A DNA stretch of 64,000 nt from Camelus ferus (GCF_009834535.1 NC_045696.1:14324001-14388000), one strand, 5' to 3'. Numbered from the stretch's first letter, positions 26,557-40,269 are shown. Translations and numbers: made by a program. Notes: generated by a model not told the origin, from the sequence alone.

Positions 26557-27335
26557 CTTTTTTTTTTCATTTTTTATTGACTTATACTAATTTTACAATG
26601 TTGTGTCAAATTCCAGTGTAGAGCACAATTTTTCAGTTATAAATGAACATACATATATTCATTGTCACATTTTTTTTTTGCTGTGAGCTACCACAAGATC
26701 TTGTATGTATTTCCCTCTGCTATACAGTATAATCTTGTTTATCTGTTCTGCATATGCCTGTCAGTATCTACAAATTTTGAAGTCCCAATCTGTCCCTTCC
26801 CACCCTCCGCCCCCTTGGCAACCACAAGTTTGTATTCTATAAGTCTGTTTCTGTTTTGTATCTATGTTCTTTTTTTTTTTTTTTAGATTCCACATATGAG
26901 TGATCTCATATGGTATTTTTCTTTCTCTTTCTGGCTTACTTCACTTAGAATGACATTCTCCAGAGACATCCATGTTGCTGCAAATGGTGTTATGTTGTCA
27001 TTTTTAATGGCTGAATAGTATTCCATTGTATAAATATACCACAGCTTCTTTATCCAGTCAGCTTTTGATGGACATTTAGGCTGTTTCCGTGTCTTGGCTA
27101 TTGTAAATAGTGCTGCTATGAACATTGGGGTGCAGGTGTCTTTTTGAAGTAGGGTTCCTTCTGTATATATGCCCAGGAGTGGGATTCCTGGGTCATATGG
27201 TAAGTCTATTCCTAGTCTTTTGAGGAATCCCCATACTGTTTTCCCACAGTGGCTGCACCAAACTGCATTCCCACCAGCTGTGAAGGAGGGTTCCCCTTTC
27301 TCCATAGCCTCTCCAGCATTTGTTATTTTTGGACT
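26557..27335 (-). mobile_element. Young 5'-truncated L1 (ORF2 C-terminus, 3'UTR, poly(A))
   Basis: ORF 26883-27305 is L1 ORF2 C-terminus ([13 protein letters not shown]...[14 protein letters not shown]...WYIYTMEYYSAIK); T-run tail at ~26557. Confidence 0.95.
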
Positions 27336-28388
27336 TTAAATATTCAAATCATGTATCTCAGTTCTGCTGGCTCTACTCAGCATGGAAACTGTAAATACAC
27401 ATAGCTTAGTTTTTCAGGTAATTAGGAGAAATAAACAATTAATCAGAAAGTAGGAAAGACAAACAACACTTTTCTTCATGTGTGACATTCTGAGATGAAT
27501 CCGAGTAATAAAATGCACAGATATCAGGCTTCCAATCTGCAAATGGTTATGAATTAAAGGATAGTTAGGTGTTAGCCAATGGATATTTGATGTATTTTTC
27601 ATGTTTATTGAGGAAATTTGTCTTATAACACAGTCATATTTATTGCATGTCTACTCTACTATATGCATAACCTGGCCCAACTCAGTAGCAAAACTCATGT
27701 ACAAAGTAGAAATAAATACCTAACTACGCTCCCTAAATACCACAGCTCAGCTTGAATGTAGCATCAAATGTTCTTCCTACTCTTTCTTTTCACTTTGTCT
27801 CTAAAATGGTATTTATTCTGTTTTCATTTTTATGACTCCTATATAAATATAGATGAAACATCTTAGTTCCTAGATTGAAAATAAATAGAAAAAGCAAAAA
27901 GGATAAAAAGCCATGACTAAGGACCCTGTTAGTGTCCCAAACTGGTGACCCCCAAAATAAATTACTTATGGAGAATTTTTTTAAATACTGATTTTCAGAC
28001 CCCATAGAATATCCTCCTATCAGAATTTCCAAGTTGGGACCTGAGTCATGCATTAAAAAAAAAAAGTAAGGAAGTAATAGAGGTGAATTACAGTTAAAAA
28101 CAACCGACTAACGTAAAATCATGAAGGATATTTTCTCATTACACAGGAAAATATAAATTTATAAAATCATCCCAAAACACATCTTTCTTAAGCCGAGCGT
28201 GTCATCAGAAACTTCAGCCCAAGAGCCGTGGTTGAGAAGTGCCAAGCACAGACTTCGAACCTCAGTGCACATCTTGTACGTCTTTGGGGATATGAAAGAA
28301 TCCTTCTGCCCTTATCGTGTTGCGATGTAGATGATATTCCTTTACCAGTGTTCCCACTACCTGAACATAAATAAATAATAAGTAAGTG

Positions 28389-28397
28389 TGAGAGTGT

Positions 28398-28431
<34 letters not shown>
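28389..28431. repeat. (TG)n microsatellite
   Basis: Direct reading of the sequence. Confidence 0.95.
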
Positions 28432-28520
28432 AATGGCCTGAAACAGTTCTTGTTAAAGCGTGGGCCTCAGAACACCTGACCTAGAATCCTTGGGGTACTT
28501 TTAAAAACTTTAGCTTGCTG

Positions 28521-29156
28521 GTTCATCCATGTTGTTTCAAACGACAAGATTTCTTTCTTTGTTAGGGCTGAATGATATTCAGTTGTGTATATACCACACT
28601 TTCTTTATCCGTTCATCTCCCCACCGACACTCAGGTTGTTTCCATATGTTAGCCAGTACGAGTAATGCTGCAATGAAGACGAGAATGCCGGTATCTCTTA
28701 GCGATAATGATCTCGCTTCCTTTGGGTCTATACCCAGAAGAGAGTTTGCTGGATCATATGGTAGATCCATTTTTAACTTTTTTGAGAAAACTCATATTGT
28801 TTTCCCTAGTAGATGAACCAATTTATATTTCTGCCAGCAGTGTATATAGTCTCGCTTTCCTCCACATTTTTGACAACCCTTGTTATCTCTTAGCTTTTTG
28901 GTAAGAGCTATTCTAACAGATGTGCAGTGATAACTCATCGTGCACTTATTTTATTTCCCTGAAGATTAGTAATGTCAACATCACATACCTGAGAAAAAAA
29001 TTGGTAATTATCTGAGGTGAATGATATGTCAATTAGTTTGATTGTGGTAATCACCTCATAATACACATGTCAATATACACATATCAAAGTCTTGTTATGC
29101 ATCTTAAATATATAAAATGTTTATTTGTTAATTATACCTCAATTAAGCTGGAAAAA
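28521..29156. mobile_element. 5'-inverted L1 (L1MA/MB-like) inserted in a MER5 element
   Basis: 28521-28975 is minus-strand ORF2 remnant (LPYDPANSLLGI...FIAAL); ~28985-29156 is a plus-strand L1 3' end ('aattagtttgattgtggtaatc...tatacctcaattaagctgg'); MER5 halves flank it. Confidence 0.75.
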
Positions 29157-30504
29157 ATTTATATTTCTGGAACACACCTCAGATATACCACGTCAAAATT
29201 CCTGGGGGTGAGGCATAAAAACTGACATTTTAAGCCAGCTGCCAGGTGATTCTCCTACACGTCGCAACTTCAGAAGCACTGGACTAGCTGTTCTCTGAGG
29301 TCTCTTCAATCACAAACTTTATATAACTCAATCATCATTCTAGAACTCAAACAGACCCTTTCTAACTTCAATCTGACCCTCTAATTCCTGGAAAGTCCCT
29401 CTTTTCCTATTGTATTCTAACCTACATGTTTGATTAAACTACAATTCTTAGTGTGAATTAACGTGCGCTGCTAGAAAGTTCCAAACTGGACATTTTATTG
29501 GCTATACCGATGGTCTCCTGGAAAAAAAATCTACTAAGTAAATCCTTGAACAAGATGTCTTTTGAATTTTTTATCAGTTGGGCGAAATACGGTGGAGAAA
29601 ACATTCTTTTTTAAAGTGATCTCTCCAAAAAGCTTTTACATTTTGAGCTACAAGGTGGTCATATGCAACACAGCCACATGCAGATATTCCATAGAAGAGC
29701 AGGGTTAAGCCACATCCTGCTGTCACCAAGAATATTTGTAGTATATATAAAATGTTTTCTACAAGAGGATTGAGACATTTTTGACTTGGCTTATAAAAAG
29801 AATATTACTCTCTTCTCCAAAGGAACACAGAGAAAGGCTGATATAGCTGCAGGTCTATGAAAAGGTGCTCTTTTAAGGAGTAAAGCCCACTCCCTGGTAT
29901 CGATTCCACAAAGATTAAGAAGCTTTCTGTTGTTGTTTCTAAACTGGTATTTCTGAGCTGTAAAATAGATATCCGAGGTGGTTTGAATTGGGGAATTTAT
30001 CCCTTCCCTCCGAAAGACTCTCAGACTCCTAAAAATATGTCTATGGCTATTCTAGATGCCCCAGAATCCTTAAATAGGGGACATGGCATCTTTTTCTACA
30101 ATCATTAGTCCCTGTGAGAGGGAACATAGTGGGTTTCATTTGCACTAATATAGAAATAACTGAAGTAGTCCTTCAATGTTGGGTTCCGTGAAGAGGGGCA
30201 GGAGTGATGAGATGAGGAGGGGCATTAAGCAATGAATGGTGTACCACTGGTGCCGGAATTGGAGGTGGATGTCATAGAGTTAAGGGGAGATTAAGAAAGA
30301 CCTTTTTTTTTTTTTTAATCACAAGCAGCCACCTCCTGCCTGCTGATCACACAAGATCAAGGATTATCTGCTTTCTCACTGCCTCTAACACCCACAGGAG
30401 GAAAGGGAAATCCATTCCTCTCCCCACTCAATGTACCAAAAAATACACGCCCAGCAAGAAAGGAAACTCCACTCAGGTGAGAATATTATGGTGGTTGAGA
30501 CAAG

Positions 30505-30510
30505 TTTATT
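30505..30510 (-). terminator. Poly(A) signal of KRTAP8-1
   Basis: AATAAA on the minus strand ~290 nt after the stop codon. Confidence 0.75.
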
Positions 30511-30799
30511 GGGAATTTGACAAACACATCCACAGCTTGATTATGACAAGAGTCATGAACATGGTGAAAAATTCAAAAGTAATTCATGCTGGGGCATCAG
30601 GTTTCTGAAAACGTCCCAACAAATATCATTCAGGGAAGGCAGCTCGAGGCATCAAGGGGTTTCCATTTTCTTCCCTCGGGACTCTGGTCCTGGGTCTGAA
30701 ACTCAGCGACTGGGAGGTTGAGGAGCAGATGAGGATGTGGAGGTGCACCCCTCAGCCTCACGAGAGAAGATTCCATGCCTCCTCGGGGATTGCAGCAAA

Positions 30800-30991
30800 T
30801 CAGTAGAAAAAGAATGGGCAGGATCTTCGGTAGCCGAAAGCCCCACAGCCATTGTAGCCGTAGCCGAAGCCATAGCCCACTGGGGAGTAGGTGCTGCCAT
30901 AGCCACAGCCCACACTGTACCCCAGGGGGTAGCCGCAGCTGCCCCCGTAGAATCCTGGGAAGACAGCGTTGGAGAAGCTGTTGAGGCACAT
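30800..30991 (-). CDS. KRTAP8-1: Keratin-associated protein 8-1 (high Gly/Tyr KAP), 63 aa, single exon
   Basis: Core GYPLGYSVGCGYGSTYSPVGYGFGYGYNGCGAFGYRR matches known KAP8.1; Kozak gacaccATG; lies ~15 kb from KRTAP7-1 on the same strand, as recalled for other mammals. Confidence 0.95.
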   Translation of the reverse strand: MCLNSFSNAVFPGFYGGSCGYPLGYSVGCGYGSTYSPVGYGFGYGYNGCGAFGYRRSCPFFFY

Positions 30992-31063
30992 GGTGTCTGG
31001 AGTGGAGGAGAGCTTTCAGAGGGCGTTTCCTAGGTGTGATGACCTCCCTGGTCTCCAGCCTTC

Positions 31064-31283
31064 TTTATATACCCAGGCTACTGGGGTGTGGTGCAGAACA
31101 CACAGCCCTCATTTTCATTCCTGACACGAGTTTGCATCACAAATAGCTCATTAGTTTGATTTGCTTGCTTAAGATGTCTTTACAGTTGCTTAAGGAAGCT
31201 CTCACAAAGTGGAACACAGGGATAGGATTCTTTCAAACAGATTGTGCCCCTTCATTAAAGTACGCGTTGCAGTGACTTCAAAG
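31064..31283 (-). promoter_or_regulatory. KRTAP8-1 promoter
   Basis: TATATAAA 31064-31071, CCACACCC ~31083-31090, LEF1 site CTTTGAAG 31276-31283. Confidence 0.8.
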
Positions 31284-31789
31284 CATTGGGTTTGGGTCTT
31301 GTAGGTCCGGATACGATCCTCTGTAAGCAGACTCTATAATACCAAGAAATGTTCTTAGTTTGTTCATTGTTATGTAGTTCTCTTGCTCTCTGAATTCCAC
31401 AGTACACAGTTGGAATTTAATAAATGTGTGTTAGATAAATAAATAAATGAAATAACAAATACATAGTGAGGCCACCTCAAAATCAAGGTATTTCTTAGTA
31501 TTCACCTTTCTAAACCACTGCCTGAGCTAATAATCTTATAACTGTCAAAAACAGAGTTTGTGGATTAATCCTAGAAATAAATTGTCAAACAAATATGATC
31601 TGTTGGTCTAACATTCTTTTTAAAGTAAATATTGGAAACAATAGCATATCTTTTCAAGGGTGGTGACTGAGTCTGTGGGGCCACTCCAGGAGCCGAAACT
31701 ATCATATCCCCTCCACGTGAACTTCCTGCTGCAGATAATAAAGGCTATCGGTACCAAAGTAAGGAAGGATGGGTGGCCAGAAGTGGGGG

Positions 31790-31890
31790 GAGAAAGAAAG
31801 AAGAAGAAAGGAAAGAAAGAAAGGAAGAAAGAAGGAGAAAGAAAGAAAAGAAAGAGGAAGGAAGGAAGCAGGAAGGAAGGAAGGAAAGGA
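31790..31890. repeat. Purine-rich (GAAA/GGAA)n low-complexity tract
   Basis: Direct reading of the sequence. Confidence 0.9.
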
Positions 31891-33344
31891 CTGAGATCCA
31901 GAAAGACACGAAATAAAGCAAGACAGAACTACTAATAAAGACAAGAAAATAGAAAGAACTAAAGTCAGCCGCTCCAGTCCATCCTACTGAAGGCATAACT
32001 TAATCCATAGAACTTAAATTCCTTCGGAAGGAAGGAAATAATGGGGTGAAAACATACAGAAAAATGAATGGGAAAAATTTACCTTAAAATGTGCACTATG
32101 TTTTTCCATTAGATCTAACAAAACCGGATTATCTGGCATATGTAATGATCTTAATAAAAAGCCAAGTGACAATATTAAATCAAAATCATTTCACTTTTAG
32201 AATGATCATGCACCCCAGGATAGGGAAGGAAAACCATTCCTCTCTCTAAATGGAAACTTAGTTCTCAAATATGAATTAAAGGAAGAGTAAGACTGGTCAA
32301 AACTATCTTGGGTCACACAAGACCTAATAAATTATTCTCAGATACCTGCATTGGGATTCTTCAGAATGGGACTTAAAAGAAAACTCACAGAAAATACAGC
32401 AAAAGAACACACGTGGCCAGAAATAGAAAGGCAAGGCGCTGCAAGGAACCATTCTTAGAAAGACATAGAACAGATACATATCACCTACTGGCCCCCAGAA
32501 TGTTCCCTTAGATCTCAGAGGTAACTTTCCTTCCTGTTACCAGCAGCTAAGAAAGACCTAAATTTCTGGAAGCATATAGAGGTCACAGGTTGACTCCAAG
32601 GACAAGGTGAAACACTTGGAAGAAATACAAAACTCTGGCAGTATTCTAACTGCTAAATAGTTAATTATAGCAGAGGTATTTTTGAAAATATACAGGGCTG
32701 CGCCAGCATCCTTCTTCATGAACAAAGCTGTATGGCCACCTAAGGTGATTCACTATTTAAAATTCAAACACTTCATGTGACTTATAGCTAAATAACCCAG
32801 GGAATTAAAATTAGCTTCACTTATAAAATATATTCAACATCAGATCCTCTCTAAAAACCATAAAATAATTTTCTTTTTATTTCTGCTGTCATCACATTGC
32901 CCTGCTCCATGAAAAAAAAAAAAAAACTGGCAACATCTGGAAAAAAGAAAAATTAAACCAAAAATAGCATTGTATTGGAAAAGATGGAAAGGCGAGAGAA
33001 TGAATTCATGCCAAAGTTCAATTATGATGTTTAAATGAGTTCCTCTCCCACCTGCCCACCCAATCGGACAAGATGTTAGCTTTGTGGTGCAGGATGGAAT
33101 ACTCAGCTCTGTATCTAAGTAGTCATGATGAGTAAAAATTAAAATATGTAGTTTTTTTAAGAACTTAAGCCCTAGTTACAAAGCACATCTTGAATTTTCT
33201 CTAGAAATTCTGCAGAAAATCATAACACAAGAAAATTTTAGGGCAACACAGGATTTATAAAGTCATTTAAAAATAAAATTAATAGCTAGCTTAAACATAC
33301 TTTAGGTCTATGAAATCTTTATTCCAGTATAGATTTATCTCGAG

Positions 33345-34000
33345 AGAATCCAGGTTTTGTAGAGCCTGAAGTTTATACAATGTTAAGAACCTTCTTTACA
33401 AAAAAACAGTACACCATAAAAATATAAAACTCATTCAAAAATAGGCATGTGTTAAAATGCTAAAAGAAACTGCAAATAATTAAACAGTAACAAAAATCAC
33501 AAATATTACAAAATTCTGAAAAAAAAAATTTTACTACATAACTACCTGACACACTTCTATAATGTTTTTTTCCATGGACTAGCTTCTGGCTTCACCATTT
33601 CAAAATTTTCTCCTCCACTATTCATTCTACACTGGATGCAATGGAGCAAATTCATGCTGAGATGTGGCGTCTGGTCTGCACACCCGTGTCACAAATTCTG
33701 GCTGAATTGGAAGAGTAGATGGGAGAGAAACTTTGGAAGCCATATCCATACAAAGATCGTTAGAAATAGCCCAATTAGACGCAAAAGCGACTGCAAACCA
33801 CAGAAATCCATCCCCCCATATCCAAACTCAACTTCACCTCAGTCAGATCTCAAAGAGGTCCACGAACTTTCTGACACGTCCCAACCTGAAGGGACTGTGA
33901 TTGTAGAGACTGCAGGTGGAAAGCAGCTGCAGTCTAAATCAATTGCAGTTCAAATGTCTTACTTTCGTGAATTCCTTAAAAAAAAAAAATAGGGCCATGT
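33345..34000 (+). mobile_element. Old hAT DNA transposon remnant (OldhAT1/MER53-related)
   Basis: 'atccaggttttgtagagcctgaagtttatacaat' end and internal 'actgcaaaccac...aactcaacttcacctcag'. Confidence 0.55.
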
Positions 34001-36469
34001 GACCTGGAGGTTTGAAAAAGAAAAAAAAACTATATTCTTACATATGAAATGACATAGTATTGGACTATGCATTGCTAGATATTTATCAGTCTGTATAAAG
34101 TCCATGACCATTTCTCTTTTAATAACAATGTTAAGATGTTATCTAATACATAATTTGATTATTTATTTCATATTTCCTTGATTTCAAATAAGGTTTGACA
34201 TGAAGAAAGATAGGGGAAAACCTTGCTTTTCGATTTTCTCCAAAAGAACAAGAAATGTATTGTGTATAGATCTTAGAAACAGAGTCAATTCCAGTGTGCA
34301 CAATAAAATAGTTCTTATCAGTTTCAAATATAAAGTTTCCAGCTTCAAATATTATAATTCATTGGAAATGAGAGAGAAATTACAAGGGAATGTTTTAAAC
34401 TAGTTTTAGAATATACGTCAGTGGTTACTCTATGATACAAAAATTTTATTTGATTCCTCTTTTCAAACAGTCATTCTTAATATAAGTAGAGAGCATCTCC
34501 TATGTTCCAGGCATGTTTTTAGGTGCTAGAAATCTAAAGATGAATTAGAAACAGTAATTAGATGGAAAATGGTAAATAAATGAAAATGCAATGTTCTGCA
34601 TTCCACCCTGGAAATTCATGCTGCCCTCTAGTAGATTTCAGAGGGTGAAACAAAGAACAGACAATTCTATGTGAATGTAGTGGGAAGTGTCCATGGAAAA
34701 CTTCATTATGAAATGGATAGACATTTGAGCTGGGTCTTGAAAATGTATTTTACTTGTAGACGTTAGTTAGGGGGATAGTGGATTTAAAGGATATTCCAGA
34801 AAGAAGAGGTTTGAAGCAAAGTCTCAAAGGTGTTAAATAGTACAATGCCTTCTAGGAGACACAGGTAATTCCATGGGGCTGTAGCCTTGGATGTAACAGG
34901 AGAATTACTGCAAGATGGAGCTGGAAAGACAGTGCCTATGAGACTGCATATACCGTGGAGGCAAAGGGAGCAGCCCACAGACGAAGCTGGGGGTGGCATG
35001 ATCAGTTACATTTTACTCCGACGGTGTAGAGGATGAATTAGAATCGGGATGTATGAAGACCAAGTTTAAAATTGTATCCATTAGGAATGCTCTTGGCTGC
35101 AAGTAACAACAGCAACAAAAATAACCCAGCTGAAAATTGCTTAAATGAAAAGAGTTTATTTTTCACAAAAACTAGAAAACAAGAATGCAATCAATTCCAG
35201 GTTGCTTCAGGGCTTGACAGTGTCAGGGTTCAGAGCTGGTTCCGCTGCGCCTCTCTCAGCTGCCTCCTCAGGGCTGCAAGCTCACTGCTGCAGGGCTGTG
35301 CTGAACCTTCTTATGCATCAACATCCAAAAACAAAAGGGGTTAAAAAAAAAAAAAAAAAAAAAAAAAACTCCTTCTCTCAAAGCTCCTTTTCATTGCACA
35401 ATGAGAAGGAAATCATTTCTTTGTGTCTTCCAATGGATTTCCTCCAGGTCCCATTGTCCAGAGTTAAATCATATTCCAGTGTTGAACTACAAGGGAAGCT
35501 AGAAAGGTGTGTATTGGGCACTTTCTGCCCATCTCGTGTGAAGCACATTCTGCCAGCATAGAAGGAGGGAGAAAAAAAGTCACTGGGTTGATAATCAGTA
35601 GAGTCATACACAAGCCATTGCACTAAGGTGGCAGTTTTAGCAAAAAGGTGAATTTAAGAAATGCTAGGGAGGTAGATGTAACACGTGGGTTAATAACCGT
35701 CTATCAGGCTCACATCCCTACCAGGAATTCGGATGCAAGACGTCCGTGGAAGACCCTGTGAGAAGGAATACCAAAGGGCGGTGCTTCCCAGTCTTTTTCC
35801 CATGATAGCACACAAAGTATGTTACATCTCTTTACAATATAGTGGGATAATCTGACAAGACTCACTGGGAAGAGATGACCATCCCAGGCGCCCTGGTACC
35901 CTGATCCTACCCAAATACCCAAACCAGCCGGGGGACTAAGAGCACCAAAACTGTTGCAACACCTGTAACCCAGTGCTGATGCCCTCCAATTGGAAAGCTC
36001 TGTAAGGAAGTTGGGACAACCAGAGATAATAAAATAGCCAGGAGAGACAGCCCCTAATCATTGCTGTAAGAAGCAGATTAAGAAAACCCTCAGGCTTCCA
36101 GAATGTAAAATTATCCCAAAGAAGATGTTGACTTAGACCCTTGATTTAAAATCCTCCTAATGCTTTTGGGTTACTACTGTCTGGTAATCAGATACTGTGA
36201 CCTTCAAAACATGACTTCTTTTCAGGTAATTTACTAACTTGTATACAAAATTTAACTCTTTTTGTTTAGGGCCTCATATTCAGAAATCGCATCTGGTTTT
36301 TGATATGAAATCAAGACTGGCACCCATGCGGTGAGATGGTACCATCTGTATGGTAAGAATCAATCCCTAGGAATCACCCTCGACACCCCTGCATTTGCAA
36401 ACTCAAGTCCTGCCACCTACTAAGAGTCTCCCGAATCCATTAATTCCTACCCATCTCCGCTGCATTACT

Positions 36470-36915
36470 CTGTTTACTTCTCATTGCTGCCTATCGCTAC
36501 AAATTGCTGCAAATTTGGTGACTTAAAAAGACACAAATTTATCATCAGACAATTCCAACTGTCAGAAGTCTGAAATTAAGGTGTCGCCTTGGCTAGTTCC
36601 TTCTGGAGTTTCCTTCTGGAGAATCTCTTTTCTGCTTTTTTCAGCTTCTAGAGGTGGCTTGCAGTCTTGGGCTGTGGCCACTTCCTTTCATCACTCCAAT
36701 CTCTTAATTCTGTCACATCTGCTACTGACTCTGACCCTCCTGACTGCCTCTGATAAGGACCCTTGTGACTGAGCCCACCTAAATTAACCAGGCTCTTCTC
36801 TCCAGATCAAAATCTTAATCACTCGGCCAAGTGCCTTTCACCAAGCAATGCAACATATTCATGGGTTCCAGGCATTCAGAGTGGACAGCTTTGGGGGCTC
36901 CCTATTCAGCCTGCC
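36470..36915 (-). mobile_element. MaLR LTR (MLT1B/C/D-like) within an L2
   Basis: 'ttggtgacttaaaa...cacaaatttatcatc...tcagaagtctgaaattaaggtgtc...cagcttctagaggtggc...taaggacccttgtgac...ctattcagcctgccaca'. Confidence 0.75.
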
Positions 36916-38289
36916 ACACTACCTAATTCAAGCGACTGATTTATGCACCTACACTGCTGTGGTGACTGCAGAACTAATCAAGATGACAGTTTCCCTCCTT
37001 ACAATCTGTTTCTCACTGCCAACGTGTTTACAAAACACAGATCTGATTATCATACACACACAAACACACACTCAGACACACACGTTAAAAATATTTCAAT
37101 AGCTTTCCATTGCTTTTTGGATAGATTTATTTTTTAATCTTTTAAGCAGACCTAAAAGTTCCCAGGTCACTCTGCTTAAGAATCACTCACTGTCTCAGTT
37201 TTTCAAATGCATCCTGCATCTTCTCATGCTCAAGCCTTGCCACTTGCTGTTTTTTCTGCATGGAATTATCTTTCTTCTTCTCTCCTCCTCAGCTCCCACC
37301 AACCTTCAGCTACCAGTCCAGTCACTTCCTTTGCGGGGACTTTCTGCAGCCCCTGAGTAGCTAAAGTCCACCTGCAGTATCGTAACCACCACCGTCTCCC
37401 TTGTATTTGTTGTCCTTTAACCTTGACTTATGTGATTAATACCTGCCTCACCAACATGCTTGTATCTAGGAGAGCAAAAATGATGTCTTAAATCAGCCTT
37501 GATTCCTCAGTGTCTAGCTCACAACTGGGCAAAATGTAGATTTTTAATAAACAGCAGTTGAACAAGTGAATGAATGAAAGAATATTCTTAACCTAATTTG
37601 GCAACTCATTCACTATAAGAATTTAGGCAAAAAAAAAAAAAAAGAATTTAGGCAAATCACTTGTCTGGGCTCCAAGTCATTTGACTATAAAATGAGGTAA
37701 GTTGACTTCCTGGGGCTCACCTTTAGCCACTGTATGATTCCAACATCAAAATCTCTGATGAGCTAAGATTGCAATTCAACCCTCTCCCACTGGATTTGAT
37801 CAATAAAGCAAAAGACTACATAGAGAGCTTTTGTTCATTGTGTTACACACCCCTGCTAAGACACACTAATGAGCTCCCAGCTGCCATCCCTTTAAAACAC
37901 AAAATGCAGTGACAGAATCGCAGGAGAGAAATGTTGCATGGCCCACATGGGGTTCCACTGCAATAGTTTCAAAAGTTTAGTCTGTGCAAGAATTTCCTTG
38001 GATACTTGTTTAAAATGCATATTTCTGAGCTCTGTTCCTAAAGATTCTGATCTCCCTGGGTCTGGGCTGGGGCCCGGGAATCTGCATTTTAAATAAGCAG
38101 CTCCAGTGATTCCAGTAAAGGTGGAGTTTGGGTCACTCCTTAAAAAATTCTCATTCTCTGTTCAATTTCAGGATATCTGAAAAGGTGTCCTCTTTAGGAA
38201 AACACCCAACTTAAAATGGGATGAGTGTAAAACGGTGAAGGAGAAAAAGGAGACACCTTCTTAGTGAGGCTTAATTACTAGAGTTGATG

Positions 38290-38510
38290 GAGTTTGTCAT
38301 CATGGGGGCGACTTTGCTCTCCAAGGGGTGTTTGTCAATGTCGGGAGACAATTTTGCTTGTCATGACTGGGGCCTACTGCTTGGTCTCTAATGGTAGAGG
38401 TCAGGGATGCTGCCAAACATCCTAGAATGTACAGAACAGCCTCCCCCAATAACAACAACAACAACAAAAATCCAGCCCAAAATATCCACACAGCCAAGGT
38501 CAAAAGCACT
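38290..38510 (+). mobile_element. MER20 hAT element
   Basis: 'gggggcgactttgc...caatgtcgggagacaattttg...gtagaggtcagggatgctgccaaacatccta...atccagcccaaaat'. Confidence 0.8.
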
Positions 38511-40269
38511 GGTCTAATGTCAAGATCACAGGCAGTCAGATACGATTGCCAAGCATTATGCCCCAAAAGTGTCACACAACGGGGCAGAACTTGCTGACCA
38601 AGTCTTGGAACTAACTTGAGACACAATTTCCATACCTCGCTATCTCAGCACTTTTGAGGTTAAGCTACATTTGTGAGGCTCCTTGGTTAATTATCAGAGC
38701 AAGCACCTAATTAATGAAGCTTGCTATTTGATGTAGAACCCATGTGGTTTTCTTGCCTAGATGCATAATAGGCTCACTGACTCTGGTCAGAAACATCTCA
38801 TGTGTGTTTCAGCATCAACAGGAAAAAGCAATTCTAAGGAAATTGGAAAAAAATTCTTTTTGCCGCGAGCTTTCAGTTACTGGTAGGATCTGAAGGGTCC
38901 TTTTCAGCATCTACCCCCTATTCCTTGTGATGCAAAACAGGAGCTGAGGTCTACTTCTTGTGACACAAAGGGAGAGTTAGAGCCAGAAACTAGAAATGTG
39001 TATAAAATCAAAGCACAGCACCAATCTGCAAGCTAAGTTATTGAAAAGGATAAAGGGTGAGAAACTGTTCCATTGCGCTACCTCAGTGCCAAGGCAGACT
39101 TGCTGATGAGTGGAAACAACATTTCAACTTATTTTCTCACTGGTTTCCCTTTGGAAGGTCTGAGGTCTTGTTCTTCTGATGACCTTGAAAATGACGTTTC
39201 ATATTACAGCCAAACAACAAATGATGGCAAGTTCAATCTACCGAAAGCATCATTTCTTCAAAGTCTTGGCTGACCAAAAACTAAATATAAACATGAGTAA
39301 ATTTAAATTTAAAACATTAGGATCCATGTCCCAAAGATTTCTTTATCTTACAATCTAAGGTTGTTCATTAGGAAAGTCTTGAAATTTCTGTAGTTGCAAC
39401 CGAATACATAGGACATAGAAACCTTAAGATGGAAATAATGAGGCATATTCGTAAAGCAGATCACTAAGAGGAGAGGATGATTGGAAAGGGAAGAAAAAGG
39501 CACAGGACACTGTAGTACAAATATAATTGTCAAAGGTAAGGTCAGGAGCCTCATAGACAAGTCAGTGAAAAGGAACTAGTGTCTGAGAAATAACAGGATA
39601 TTTTTAGTGACAAATATACTCAACATATTCAGGAGTCTCATAGAGCATCCACAGTGGTCCCTGCCTGGCAGGCCTTAGAAACAAGAAATATCTCCATTTA
39701 TCCAATAAAAATCTCTCCTGTTACAATTTTAAATGCTTTTCCTCTATCCTCAATGGAAATGGGAAAAAAAAAATGAATAAATAAACTAGTTTTTCTGTAA
39801 ATAGCAATAAAAAATAGAACAAAAGTATAGGAAAATAATTTTTAAACTTTCCTTTTCTGCTGAAAATGTTAATATCATTGCATCAACACTTTAAAAATCA
39901 ACAGTGAGCCATGTCTCCCTCTCTATTTCCTTTGGAATAGAATCAGCAAGACTGTGTCAGTGTTCGAATTTTATGGGCACACAAATCACCTGGGAATCTT
40001 GTCAATGTGCAGAGTACAATTTGAAAGAGAAGAGGCCCAAGATTCTGCATTTTGAACAAGCTCCCAGGCAATGCCCATGTTTCTTATCTGCTAACCATGT
40101 TTTAAGTAGCAAGGGAGTAGGCTTTTTCTCTAAGGCTTTAAATAATTATATAAAATCAACAAATGTTTATCAAGTGTCTGGGCTACAGCACTGGTGATAG
40201 AACATTGAATAAAGCATGACGCTTGTCCTCAGAAACCTTACTGTGAGACAATCAGACCTGTCAATTAAT

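Noticed and set aside
26883..27305. 140-aa ORF as a host gene
   Set aside because: It is the L1 ORF2 C-terminus within a truncated L1; the same applies to 44934-45263 and 28579-28770.
30630..31033. Overlapping alternative and antisense ORFs at KRTAP8-1
   Set aside because: By-products of GC-rich, stop-poor KAP codons; only 30800-30991 has a Kozak ATG and homology.
31660..31996. Lys/Arg/Glu-rich and Phe/Leu/Ser-rich ORFs
   Set aside because: Translation of a (GAAA/GGAA)n low-complexity tract.
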